Origin: an uncultured Eubacteriales bacterium
GTDB taxonomy: Bacteria; Bacillota; Clostridia; Oscillospirales; CAG-272
Length of the DNA: 64,000 bases
Direction of reading: 5' to 3'
NCBI GenBank assembly: GCA_934365155.1
Contig: CAKRMZ010000002.1
Coordinates: forward strand, 36,645-100,644
Positions within the stretch are counted from its first letter, which is position 1. Each line of letters opens with the position of its first letter. The notes under the pieces were generated by a model, which did no database searches, had not been told where the DNA came from, and saw only the letters and a program-made list of their open reading frames with translations. This document shows, piece after piece, positions 9,754 through 18,452 of this stretch. The position numbers were made by a program, and so were the translations under genes.

Positions 9754-11121
9754 ATGGAAGATTTCGGTAAGAGACGAACGGCCAAACGTATGCCGAATAT
9801 GCAAAGCGATTCCGGCACCGGCAATAAAAAGTCTCAAGAAAATCAAAAATCGGAAGCACGGACTTCGGCTCCGCAACAGAATAAAACGAATTGCTACGGC
9901 GGAAAGGCAGATGCGAATTACGGTCAGCAGCTGCGCAAGGGAATGACGGAGCAGAGCGCTTTGTATAAAGCCGGAGCGCGAGTTGAAACGCAAAGGAATC
10001 CTGCCCGTACACACGGTTCCCCTCGTCGGAAACCGTCGCAGTCCACAGAGCAGAAAATCAGTGTCGCGTGCGTGGTTCGGCGAGTGCTTTTATGCATCGG
10101 CAGTGCAGTACTGTTTTTGTTGCTTTCGGTATATACGCTTTTGTTTTCCGTTGCTCACGGTCCGAGCAAAACCGTGCGAAACACATTGGTGCTGTCTGCC
10201 ATGCAGGCCAGCGCTACAAAATGGGTTCCGGGTTTGTTTTTGTCGGGGGATACCGTGCAGCAGATTTTGGACGAGAGCAAAGTCATTATCGTAGATGAAG
10301 TCGATATTAACGATTATAACCCCGTAACTCCGGACGGACAGAAGGACGAATGGGAAGATGCAATAGACGGAATGCGTTTGATTTATGATAACGGTTCGAC
10401 TTTTAAAGCATATGTTCTTTTAGTCAAAGATCCGTCACGGGTTTTTGTCGGTCCGAGTTTTGAGTACAGCAGCTCCGGATACGGCAAGCGGATTTTCGAT
10501 GCCGCTTCGATGGAGGGAGCTATCGCCGCTATCAATGCCGGAGAATATCCCGATAACGGTTTCAGTACCGGATCGGTTCCGCTCGGAATCACGTATTCGA
10601 AAGGAAAATTGGTTTGGGCGGACGGTTATACCGACCGTACCTTTATGGGCATGGACAATAATAATAAGCTGATTGTTCATGAGGGCATGAATAAAGCACT
10701 GGCAACCGAGCTTGGCATTCGCGACGGTGTTTCGTTTAAGACCGGCAATATATTAATCGACAATGACGGCGGTACCGTGAATTTCCATTATGCGGATGGA
10801 GATAACGGGGTAGCACAGCGCACCGCAATCGGTCAGCGGGTGGACGGAACCATTATCATGATTGTTACGGACGGACGTTCCGCAAGCAGCTTGGGCGCTA
10901 CGCGCAATGATATCATTGATATGATGAAAAAGTACGGCGCGGTCACGGCGGGAATGCTGGACGGCGGTTCTTCCAGTATGATGTATTACAAGAATTATTA
11001 CGAAAAATATGCGATCGATCAGGCTAATTTGGATTCCTGGCAGATGATGGGACTTGTCAATAAATATAAGGCTTTTACCAACCCGCGGTATATGCCCACG
11101 TTCTTTTTGGTAAAGGAGTAA
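9754..11121 (+). CDS. Phosphodiester glycosidase (NAGPA-like) family protein, copy 1, N-terminal basic tail + TM anchor
   Basis: C-terminal motifs are AQRTAIGQRVDGTIIMIVTDGR and GMLDGGSSSMMYY. One TM segment (LLCIGSAVLFLLLSVYTLLF) follows about 110 aa of K/R/Q-rich sequence. Confidence 0.75.
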   Translation: MEDFGKRRTAKRMPNMQSDSGTGNKKSQENQKSEARTSAPQQNKTNCYGGKADANYGQQLRKGMTEQSALYKAGARVETQRNPARTHGSPRRKPSQSTEQKISVACVVRRVLLCIGSAVLFLLLSVYTLLFSVAHGPSKTVRNTLVLSAMQASATKWVPGLFLSGDTVQQILDESKVIIVDEVDINDYNPVTPDGQKDEWEDAIDGMRLIYDNGSTFKAYVLLVKDPSRVFVGPSFEYSSSGYGKRIFDAASMEGAIAAINAGEYPDNGFSTGSVPLGITYSKGKLVWADGYTDRTFMGMDNNNKLIVHEGMNKALATELGIRDGVSFKTGNILIDNDGGTVNFHYADGDNGVAQRTAIGQRVDGTIIMIVTDGRSASSLGATRNDIIDMMKKYGAVTAGMLDGGSSSMMYYKNYYEKYAIDQANLDSWQMMGLVNKYKAFTNPRYMPTFFLVKE

Positions 11122-11127
11122 GATAAA

Positions 11128-12192
11128 ATGGTTTCTAAAACGAAAAAAATGCCGCTCTTTTACAAGATATTTTGGAGCGTGTGCGCAGCTCTTGTTGTCG
11201 TTTTGATTGTTTCTGTTTTTGTGTTGCGATCTGCTTTGGCTAATTATGAAAAATCCTTGCCGAAGAATGAAGCGGCTCGGGTTTTTGAAGAATTGTATGT
11301 CAATAAAGACAGCGCCGCACTGGCATCGGAAGTGCAAAAAAGCGCTTCGGAATTTAACCAACAAACGGATTTTGAGCCGATGATCCTTGAAAAATTATCA
11401 TCGGGAAGCCTTAGTTACAATTCGACGAGCTCTGCCGATGAAAACGAATATGCGTATTATGTAAAGGCAGACGGGAAACGGATTTCCAAGTTCATATTGG
11501 AAAAGGATGAAAAGAAAAGCTCCGGCGGATATGCGACCTATCATCTCGGAAAAGTAGAATTTTATTTTGATCAGAATGAATCCATTGAAATTACGGCACC
11601 GTCTCAATATGAGATTTTCATCAACGGTATTTCCGTCAGCCGGGAATACATTGTGGAAGATCATATCAAGACTAAAGTTTCCGGGCTGTTGCCGGACGGA
11701 GTGCCGGAACCGGAGAATGTTCGCTATCAAATCAGCGGTTTGACGGCAACACCGACGGTTACGGTAAAAGAGACCGGAGCAAATGTCACTGTCGACGGCT
11801 CTAGTTATACGGTCAGTCCGGCGGAAAACACCGAATTGCGGGATGCCTATTCGGATTATGCGATTAAAGCGGCGCAGACCTATGCTGCATATATGCAGAG
11901 CGACGGCAGCTTCGGCGCGGTTGCGAAATACTTTGAGGCCGGCACGGATCTTTATACAAGAACCAAAGTCGTAGAGAATTATTTTGTCATTTCTCATTCG
12001 GGCTACAGCTTTGAAAATGTACAGGCAAGTGAATTTTATGCTTATGATGAAAATACATTTTCCTGTCGGGTGTCCTTTGTACACCTGCTTCACCGTCCGG
12101 ATTTGAGCGACTACAAGGATTATTTTGACGTTACCTTCTTATTCCGCAAAGTAGGTAATCAATATTTGATTTATGATTGCTATACCAACTGA
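11128..12192 (+). CDS. Membrane-anchored hypothetical protein, copy 1 of a paralogous pair (NTF2-like C-terminus suspected)
   Basis: N-terminal TM (IFWSVCAALVVVLIVSVFVL). It shares motif strings with the 13240 gene (INGISV, Y[QR]ISGL, terminal G(N)QY..I). AAGGAG RBS. Confidence 0.6.
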   Translation: MVSKTKKMPLFYKIFWSVCAALVVVLIVSVFVLRSALANYEKSLPKNEAARVFEELYVNKDSAALASEVQKSASEFNQQTDFEPMILEKLSSGSLSYNSTSSADENEYAYYVKADGKRISKFILEKDEKKSSGGYATYHLGKVEFYFDQNESIEITAPSQYEIFINGISVSREYIVEDHIKTKVSGLLPDGVPEPENVRYQISGLTATPTVTVKETGANVTVDGSSYTVSPAENTELRDAYSDYAIKAAQTYAAYMQSDGSFGAVAKYFEAGTDLYTRTKVVENYFVISHSGYSFENVQASEFYAYDENTFSCRVSFVHLLHRPDLSDYKDYFDVTFLFRKVGNQYLIYDCYTN

Positions 12193-13243
12193 TAAAAGTT
12201 CAAAAGACGGTCAGGGTACCGAAAAAGAGAAATTGTTCATGCACACAGCTTGTCTGCGTGCATGGAGCATTATATGGCGCGCATTGTCCGTGTTCGGAGT
12301 TACTGTGGCGATTTGCTGTGTCGTGTGTCTCGGGATGGTTTTTATTTTAGTGAAAGGCCCGTCTTCCGAGGCACGGCGCTTGTTTGTGCTTTCGGTAAAA
12401 GAGACCAGTGCAGGCGGATTTTTAGCGCATATTTTTCTGAACGATGCGGAAGTTGAGAAAATTTTAAATCTCGGTAAATCCGAAACGGCGACCGGAAAAA
12501 CCGATGCTGCTTTGATCGAAATCCCTGAATATATGGATGTTCAGAGCACGAGAGATGACGATGTTGAAGTGATATCGGTTCATTATGCCGGCTCCGTCGG
12601 GAAAATGATGATTATAAAAAATCCGGCGCGTGTGATCCTTGGAATTCCCGATCGCTTCGGTTCGGATGCCAGCGGATTGACATTGCGTGACATGATAGAA
12701 AAGTACAATGCAATCGGCGGAGTAAATGCCGGAGGCTTCTGGGATCCGGACGGAATGGGAACCGGCGGCGTGCCGGACGGTCTGATTATTGAGGGCGGAA
12801 AGCTCTTGTGGGGAGACCGAAACACCGTGTATGATGTAATCGGATTGGACAGAGATCATATTCTCCATGTGGGGAAAATGACGGCACAGGAGGCGCTGGA
12901 CCGAAATGTTGAAAGTGCGGTTTCCTTCGGCCCGTCTTTGGTGATCAACGGACAGAAGCAAAACCGGTATCAAGCACTCGGCGGCGGTTTAAATCCACGC
13001 ACGGCGATCGGTCAACGTGCCGACGGGGCGATATTGCTGCTCACAATGGAAGGACGGCAGCTGGGAAGTATCGGCCTTACATACGATGATTTGGCCGACC
13101 TTATGGAGAGTTACGGAGCGGTGAATGCTGCGAACTTGGACGGTGGGTCCTCTACATTGATGATTTACCGAGGAGAAAACCAGATCACCTCTTCCTATAT
13201 ATTCGGTCAACGGAGATTGGCCAGTGCATTCTTGGTGAAATGA
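12173..13243 (+). CDS. Phosphodiester glycosidase (NAGPA-like) family protein, copy 2
   Basis: NPRTAIGQRADGAILLLTMEGR and ANLDGGSSTLMIY match copy 1. TM segment ALSVFGVTVAICCVVCLGMVFILV. The start could instead be ATG 12239. Confidence 0.75.
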   Translation: MIAIPTDKSSKDGQGTEKEKLFMHTACLRAWSIIWRALSVFGVTVAICCVVCLGMVFILVKGPSSEARRLFVLSVKETSAGGFLAHIFLNDAEVEKILNLGKSETATGKTDAALIEIPEYMDVQSTRDDDVEVISVHYAGSVGKMMIIKNPARVILGIPDRFGSDASGLTLRDMIEKYNAIGGVNAGGFWDPDGMGTGGVPDGLIIEGGKLLWGDRNTVYDVIGLDRDHILHVGKMTAQEALDRNVESAVSFGPSLVINGQKQNRYQALGGGLNPRTAIGQRADGAILLLTMEGRQLGSIGLTYDDLADLMESYGAVNAANLDGGSSTLMIYRGENQITSSYIFGQRRLASAFLVK

Positions 13244-14592
13244 GACTCAAAATGGAAAAAGAAGTTCAAAAATCGAGCCGACATTTCGGACGGAATCTCG
13301 GCATTTATGCGGCAGTTTTGGCTGCTGTTGCGATCATATTTTTGATATTTTTCTGGCTTTATATCCGTGAATATCAGATTTCCCGTCCGCAACAGGTAGT
13401 AGAAGATTTTATAAAGCAAAAGGGCGACGAATATTTCAGACAGCTTCCGGCGGAGTATACTGATGAAATCTTAACGGAATTTGAAACGAAGGAAGATGCG
13501 GCCGATGAGTTGGCCGGGCTTTCCTCCGCGGAAGTACAGTACTACCGCTTCGGGGAAAACGAATACCGAATCAGTGTCGGTCAAAAACCGATTCTGCGTG
13601 TTTTGCTTGAAACCGGAAAGAAAACGCGGCTGTTCGGCTTCTCTATCTATGGAATCTCCGATGTTTCCGTTTGTGCCGACGAATATCGAGCCCAGGGAAA
13701 TTCCGTTGATATTTTTATCCCCAATGATGCAAAGGCATTTTTAAACGGAATAGAACTGCAGGATCGGTATATACTAAAATCCCGAGTGGAATATGCCGAT
13801 ATCGGAGCGTTTGAGCGTAAGAAGGCCGAAAAGTATCTGCGCTGCTACCGAATTTCAGGCTTATTCTCGGAGCCTGAAATTAAAGTGGTGGGCGAGGACG
13901 GTCAGGTCCTTGAAGGACAGAAATCGGAGAACAGATATGTTTTTTCCGATTTGAATCTCAGCGCGCGAACACTATGGATTGCGGCTCCCAAGGAGGCAGT
14001 GATTTCCATAAACGGGATTTCGGTTACAGAGCAGTATCGTTCTTCCGATTCGGTGACAAGCGCACTGTACGGAGAGAGAGAGGATTTTGTGCTGTGGGAA
14101 ATTCCCGGCATTTACTTTTCCCCTGCGGTGGAGGCGACGGATTCGTCGGGTGCACCGATGGCTGTTTTTGCAAGCGGCGATGAATATGAAGTGGACTATC
14201 CTGCAACCGATACCGTGCCGGACCGCTTAAAAGCCATGGTGACGGATTATACGCACGCATATGTGAATTTTGTTTCATTTGGGTTCCAGAATTTAGATAA
14301 TAACTACTCTGTTGCCTGTAGCTATTTGGTTCCGGGCTCGGACGCGCGGCATATGCTTGCGGCCGGCTATGAGGGGATTCGCTGGAACAGTCCGATGACT
14401 CCGAAATTATCAAAGCTGCAAGCGGATCATTTTGTGAAGCTCTCAGACAACACTTACAGTGCAGCGGTGAAATATCACGGCACTCTTTCCGGGTACGGGC
14501 AAACCAATGAATTCGGCAGTACCATGCGGTTGCTCATTTCCTTTGATAACGGGCAATACCGAATCAGCCGAATTGTGATGACCCAAGAGTAG
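13240..14592 (+). CDS. Membrane-anchored hypothetical protein, copy 2 of the paralogous pair
   Basis: An ATGA overlap links it to the upstream gene. N-terminal TM (LGIYAAVLAAVAIIFLIFFWLYI). Motifs are shared with the 11128 gene. Confidence 0.6.
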   Translation: MRLKMEKEVQKSSRHFGRNLGIYAAVLAAVAIIFLIFFWLYIREYQISRPQQVVEDFIKQKGDEYFRQLPAEYTDEILTEFETKEDAADELAGLSSAEVQYYRFGENEYRISVGQKPILRVLLETGKKTRLFGFSIYGISDVSVCADEYRAQGNSVDIFIPNDAKAFLNGIELQDRYILKSRVEYADIGAFERKKAEKYLRCYRISGLFSEPEIKVVGEDGQVLEGQKSENRYVFSDLNLSARTLWIAAPKEAVISINGISVTEQYRSSDSVTSALYGEREDFVLWEIPGIYFSPAVEATDSSGAPMAVFASGDEYEVDYPATDTVPDRLKAMVTDYTHAYVNFVSFGFQNLDNNYSVACSYLVPGSDARHMLAAGYEGIRWNSPMTPKLSKLQADHFVKLSDNTYSAAVKYHGTLSGYGQTNEFGSTMRLLISFDNGQYRISRIVMTQE

Positions 14593-14681
14593 GGAGCAAA
14601 TCCGGATTCCATTTAAAAAGTGAAATTTAAAATATAAAGCATTGTATGATCAAATACGGTGTAAAAAGGAGGCTGTTTATC

Positions 14682-15536
14682 GTGAACAATACGCAGGATG
14701 GAATGCTGTTCCGTTCAAAATTACACGGCTACAGCAAAGAGGATGTCAACGCTTATATCAGTTCTATGAATGCAAATTTTGCAAGTCTTGAGGACGGCTA
14801 CAAGTCCATGATCAATCATCTCAAATTAGATGCGGAAAAGGCTGCCGAAAGCTTTAATGCGCGTTCTGCGGATTTTGAGAGTCAGATCAAAGATCTGAAA
14901 GCGGAGATTCAGGGAAAAGATGAGAAAATTTCCGAGCTGGAGAGCGATAACTGCGATTTGACAAACCGTGTCGAGGAATTGAAAAAAAGAATCGAGGAGC
15001 TTGAAGATCGGTTGCCTTTGTCTAAATTTTCCGGCATTTCCAATTCAGAGCCTTCGGGCAACAGTGTTTTTGGCTTGAACGACGCATCTCGTTTGTCTGC
15101 AAAGGCGCCGTCCGGACTTGCCAGAGAATTTCAACGGGCAAGCAGTTCAAATTTAAGCATTGCGGAGAAAGCGCGACTGTTTGACCGATTCTATGCACGT
15201 TTTCGCGATATTCTTATTGACGCCAAGGCACATGCGGACCGAATCGTAAAAGAAGCGCGGTTTCGTGCCCGCGAAATAGAGAATATGGCAGGCGCGCAAA
15301 AGTCGGAGAAAAAGGCCGGCGCTGCTTTCGGCGTATCGGACCAGTCAGCCTTTGAAAAAAACGATATTTACGGTTGTTTATCTTCCATGAAGGATTCCAT
15401 ACAGACGGCGATGAAGGATATTGATCAGCGTTTTCGCAGCGTGAATGAGCAAATGGAGAAGATCCGTTATGAAATGGACTGGAAATCCGAAAAATCCTTG
15501 GATGAAGACGGATGGAATGATTTTTCGGGAGTATAA
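14682..15536 (+). CDS. DivIVA-domain coiled-coil protein
   Basis: The N-terminus FRSKLHGYSKEDVNAYI matches the DivIVA/GpsB-type lipid-binding motif. A long heptad-rich segment follows (KDLKAEIQGKDEKISELESDN...RIEELEDRL). AAGGAGG sits 9 nt before GTG 14682. Confidence 0.7.
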   Translation: MNNTQDGMLFRSKLHGYSKEDVNAYISSMNANFASLEDGYKSMINHLKLDAEKAAESFNARSADFESQIKDLKAEIQGKDEKISELESDNCDLTNRVEELKKRIEELEDRLPLSKFSGISNSEPSGNSVFGLNDASRLSAKAPSGLAREFQRASSSNLSIAEKARLFDRFYARFRDILIDAKAHADRIVKEARFRAREIENMAGAQKSEKKAGAAFGVSDQSAFEKNDIYGCLSSMKDSIQTAMKDIDQRFRSVNEQMEKIRYEMDWKSEKSLDEDGWNDFSGV

Positions 15537-15539
15537 ACA

Positions 15540-16064
15540 ATGAAAAATTTTGATGCCAAAAATATTCGGGAATGGGCGCCGACGCTCCATGCCGGAGATG
15601 AAATTCTTCTTTCCGGACGTGTTTATGTAGCGCGTGATGCAGTACACAAACGGCTGATGCCACTGCTTGGAACAGACCAAATGCCGATGGATCTCCGAGA
15701 GGCCGTTATTTATTATGCGGGCCCCACTCCGCCGAAAAACGGCATGCCGACCGGTTCCTTCGGTCCGACGACCTCCTCGCGGATGGATTCTTTCGTGCCG
15801 GAAATGATGCGGGCGGGGCTGTGTGGTATGATCGGAAAGGGCGGACGAAGCGAAGCGGTTCGTGAAGCCATTCGAAAATATCGAGGTATTTATCTTTGCG
15901 CAGTCGGCGGGGCCGGCGCTTTGGCGGCAATGTGCACCAAAAGCCTTCGGGTTATTGCGTTTGAAGAGTTGGGATGCGAATCGTTAAAAATTGCTGAGTT
16001 TGAAAAGTTTCCGCTGTTTGTCGGAATTGATTCCGAGGGAAACAGCATTTTCGACCGAGATTAA
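15540..16064 (+). CDS. Fe-S type hydro-lyase beta subunit (fumarate hydratase class I / L(+)-tartrate dehydratase C-terminal domain)
   Basis: Family pattern AGDEILLSGRVYVARDAVHKRL...IYYAGPTP...GPTTSSRMD...GMIGKGGRS...AVGGAGAL...AEFEKFPLFV. Confidence 0.8.
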   Translation: MKNFDAKNIREWAPTLHAGDEILLSGRVYVARDAVHKRLMPLLGTDQMPMDLREAVIYYAGPTPPKNGMPTGSFGPTTSSRMDSFVPEMMRAGLCGMIGKGGRSEAVREAIRKYRGIYLCAVGGAGALAAMCTKSLRVIAFEELGCESLKIAEFEKFPLFVGIDSEGNSIFDRD

Positions 16065-16130
16065 CAAAAAAGCAACGGATGAGACGAGATTTGCCAAGGG
16101 TGCTTTCTGCGAAAGCCTATAAAAGCTGTG

Positions 16131-16165
16131 ATGGGGTTACCACATTTTTTGTGTGGTAACCCCAT
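16131..16165. terminator. Bidirectional hairpin between convergent genes
   Basis: ATGGGGTTACCACA-ttttttg-TGTGGTAACCCCAT. The arms are a perfect 14-bp repeat. Confidence 0.7.
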
Positions 16166-16171
16166 TGTGAT

Positions 16172-17104
16172 CTAACTAAGATATGCAAATACCTTGCCCA
16201 AATGGACATCAAAGCCAAGTGCTTGATACATTTTCTCGTCGCAGGGAGCACAGGTGACCGTCAGGCTGGCAAGGGCATTTTCTTTGCTCCATTTTTGTGC
16301 AGCTTGTGCCAGCATCTGGGCAATGCCTTTTCGGCGGAACACAGGTTCAATGTAGAAATCATCGAATATGCCGGTGTCGGTGCACGCAAAGGTGGAGAAG
16401 CATTTTGCAACGCTGCACATACCCACAGCCCGGTAACCACGCCTTGCCACAAAGAATGTGATATTTCCATCGCGGATTGCCCGGGTAAGCTGTTGTTGCT
16501 TTTCCTCGGTTGCAGCTTGCTCCCCGATCTCCTTCAAGAATCCGTTTTCCAGCTTCTTGAGTTGCCAGTCATCTGGATCTGTGAGGATTTCCACGGTTAT
16601 AGGAATATCCTCCGTCGGGGGCAGGATCATCAGCGGTTCGCCCCACTCGTCGGCCCCGTTCTCAACAAAGCCAATCGTTTCCCAAAAGTGTCGCCGTCGC
16701 TCGTTGCTGCCGTGGTTAAGCTCTGCATACAATGCACCGCGTTCTTTTGCCCAATCCAGCAGTACCTTTGCACATTCCTTGCCGGTTCCGTTCCCGCGAA
16801 ACTCCGGATAGACACAGTATTCCATGATGAAGCACTTGCCATCCTCGGAAGTGAAGATCACAGGCATGGTGAATCCAATATCCTGTCCGTCCCGTTGGAA
16901 GAACAGGAAGAAGCAGCGGTCCTGTGGTCTGCTGTAAATTTTCATTATGTGCTCATGATACTCCGAGCTAAGAAAGCATTCCAGCTCTTTTTTGCTTTGA
17001 GAATCCGGAAAAATATCCCGCTTGTGATAGGCATGAAGCTGCTCCCAAAAGGCGGCAACATCGTTTTTCGTGACTGCTTCACGGATGGTGATTCGGTTTT
17101 TCAT
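16172..17104 (-). CDS. Tandem-domain GNAT family N-acetyltransferase
   Basis: Two acetyl-CoA motif A copies are present (FRGNGTGKECAKVLLDWA and FRRKGIAQMLAQAAQKWS). GGAGG RBS. The 331-aa ORF on the opposite strand has no motifs. Confidence 0.8.
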   Translation of the reverse strand: MKNRITIREAVTKNDVAAFWEQLHAYHKRDIFPDSQSKKELECFLSSEYHEHIMKIYSRPQDRCFFLFFQRDGQDIGFTMPVIFTSEDGKCFIMEYCVYPEFRGNGTGKECAKVLLDWAKERGALYAELNHGSNERRRHFWETIGFVENGADEWGEPLMILPPTEDIPITVEILTDPDDWQLKKLENGFLKEIGEQAATEEKQQQLTRAIRDGNITFFVARRGYRAVGMCSVAKCFSTFACTDTGIFDDFYIEPVFRRKGIAQMLAQAAQKWSKENALASLTVTCAPCDEKMYQALGFDVHLGKVFAYLS

Positions 17105-17240
17105 TTAATTTCCTCCAATAGTATATTTGGAGGGCTAAGAAGCGTGAACCCTCCATACACGATTCATCTTCATAAAAACCACACCTTTCTTAAATAGATT
17201 TGTATTCAGATGCCTTTTACGGCATGGATACCTCAGTAAA

Positions 17241-18023
17241 TTACCTTCTCTCTGATCTGCGAATATGCTCCCGAATTTCTGCTTCATTTGCTTGACAATA
17301 GGAGTAGCTGTTTCGCATAAAGCTCTCTATGTTCTGACTTCTATACATGGCGTCCAGCGTATCGAGAATCGGCTTTCCATCTACCATCATATCGAAGAAG
17401 TAGGGGTAGATACAGCCGCCGTTTTCTCTTGGAAAGTAGGGATTGATAGAACGAAGTCTTTCATCCCTCATCACAGATTCGACTACCATCTCGCTCAGTA
17501 TCCACTTGAGCGATGGCCGCTCATATTCATTGTATTGATCCTCAAACAGTCTGTTCCATACAAAGAACCAAACAAAATGTACGATTTCGTGAATTCCTCC
17601 GCCAATGGCGCCTCTCTCGCTGTTCAAATAAAAGGTGTCGTAGCAGTGTTCTTTCAAAAAGCGAGGTTCAATAGGATTCAGACTGACATTGCACTGTATA
17701 TCATTAAACAGGCTTGCGCAATCCAGGCCAAAAGCATCTGACAGTGCTGCCGTGATCTGCTCCTTGCATATAGCCCAATGACAGGAATACAGCGCTGCCT
17801 TTCCATTGATCGTATTTTCCAGCTCCATATAAACAGCCCGCATCGTTCGTTCAATGTATTTCTTTCTCTCCGGAAAAGGCAGGCTTACAGCATAAACTTT
17901 ATCAAGTTGGGGATAGAAATGATATAAAGGTTCTGACCAAAAGGCCGACTCGTCCTCGGACTGAAAAGCCATAATTTGTTCAATCATATAGTTTACACCG
18001 GGGTTTACAAAGCTTACCTCCAA
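17241..18023 (-). CDS. Hypothetical protein with HExxH motif (possible zinc metallopeptidase-like fold)
   Basis: A 260-aa ORF with a GGAGG RBS 8 nt before TTG 18023. It contains GGGIHEIVHFVW (HExxH). I recognise no family. Confidence 0.5.
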   Translation of the reverse strand: MEVSFVNPGVNYMIEQIMAFQSEDESAFWSEPLYHFYPQLDKVYAVSLPFPERKKYIERTMRAVYMELENTINGKAALYSCHWAICKEQITAALSDAFGLDCASLFNDIQCNVSLNPIEPRFLKEHCYDTFYLNSERGAIGGGIHEIVHFVWFFVWNRLFEDQYNEYERPSLKWILSEMVVESVMRDERLRSINPYFPRENGGCIYPYFFDMMVDGKPILDTLDAMYRSQNIESFMRNSYSYCQANEAEIREHIRRSERR

Positions 18024-18452
18024 GCACTACACCTCCAATTCGTATAAAGCTATGATAATCCGAAATATCCACGATTTTATAGCGACAGACAGATATATCC
18101 TTCTGACGACCTTTTTCTCCGGTCCGGTGCCCAACCGGATATACCGAACACCACGATTGCGGCGCTCCGCCCGGATCGCTTCCGTTGCCGGTTTTGTCAT
18201 ACCTGTCCCGGCGAATTTGCGCCGCACGCGGAATTTATGAAGATAGGCGGCTTTCATAACCAAGCCGAAACCTCACGCATCACGGAGATCGCTTTTTCAA
18301 CCTGATTAAGGTTGATCTTTAATTCATATATAACAATCCCATCTTCTTAGTCAGCGAAAGCCTTCCCGCCGAAGCAGTTTCAAAAAGACCCCCTAATAAT
18401 TATAACAGCACAACAGGTTTTCCACACTTTTCTTGCATAAAGCAAAAAAGTG

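Noticed and set aside
16202-17197. 331-aa ORF on the plus strand
   Set aside because: It is antisense to the GNAT gene. The GNAT gene has two acetyl-CoA binding motifs and a proper RBS. The plus-strand product has no recognisable features.
18027-18263. 78-aa basic ORF upstream of the HExxH gene as a confident gene call
   Set aside because: It is plausibly real because of its tight spacing to the downstream gene. But it has no recognisable motif or clear RBS, so I kept it only as part of a finding and not as a feature.
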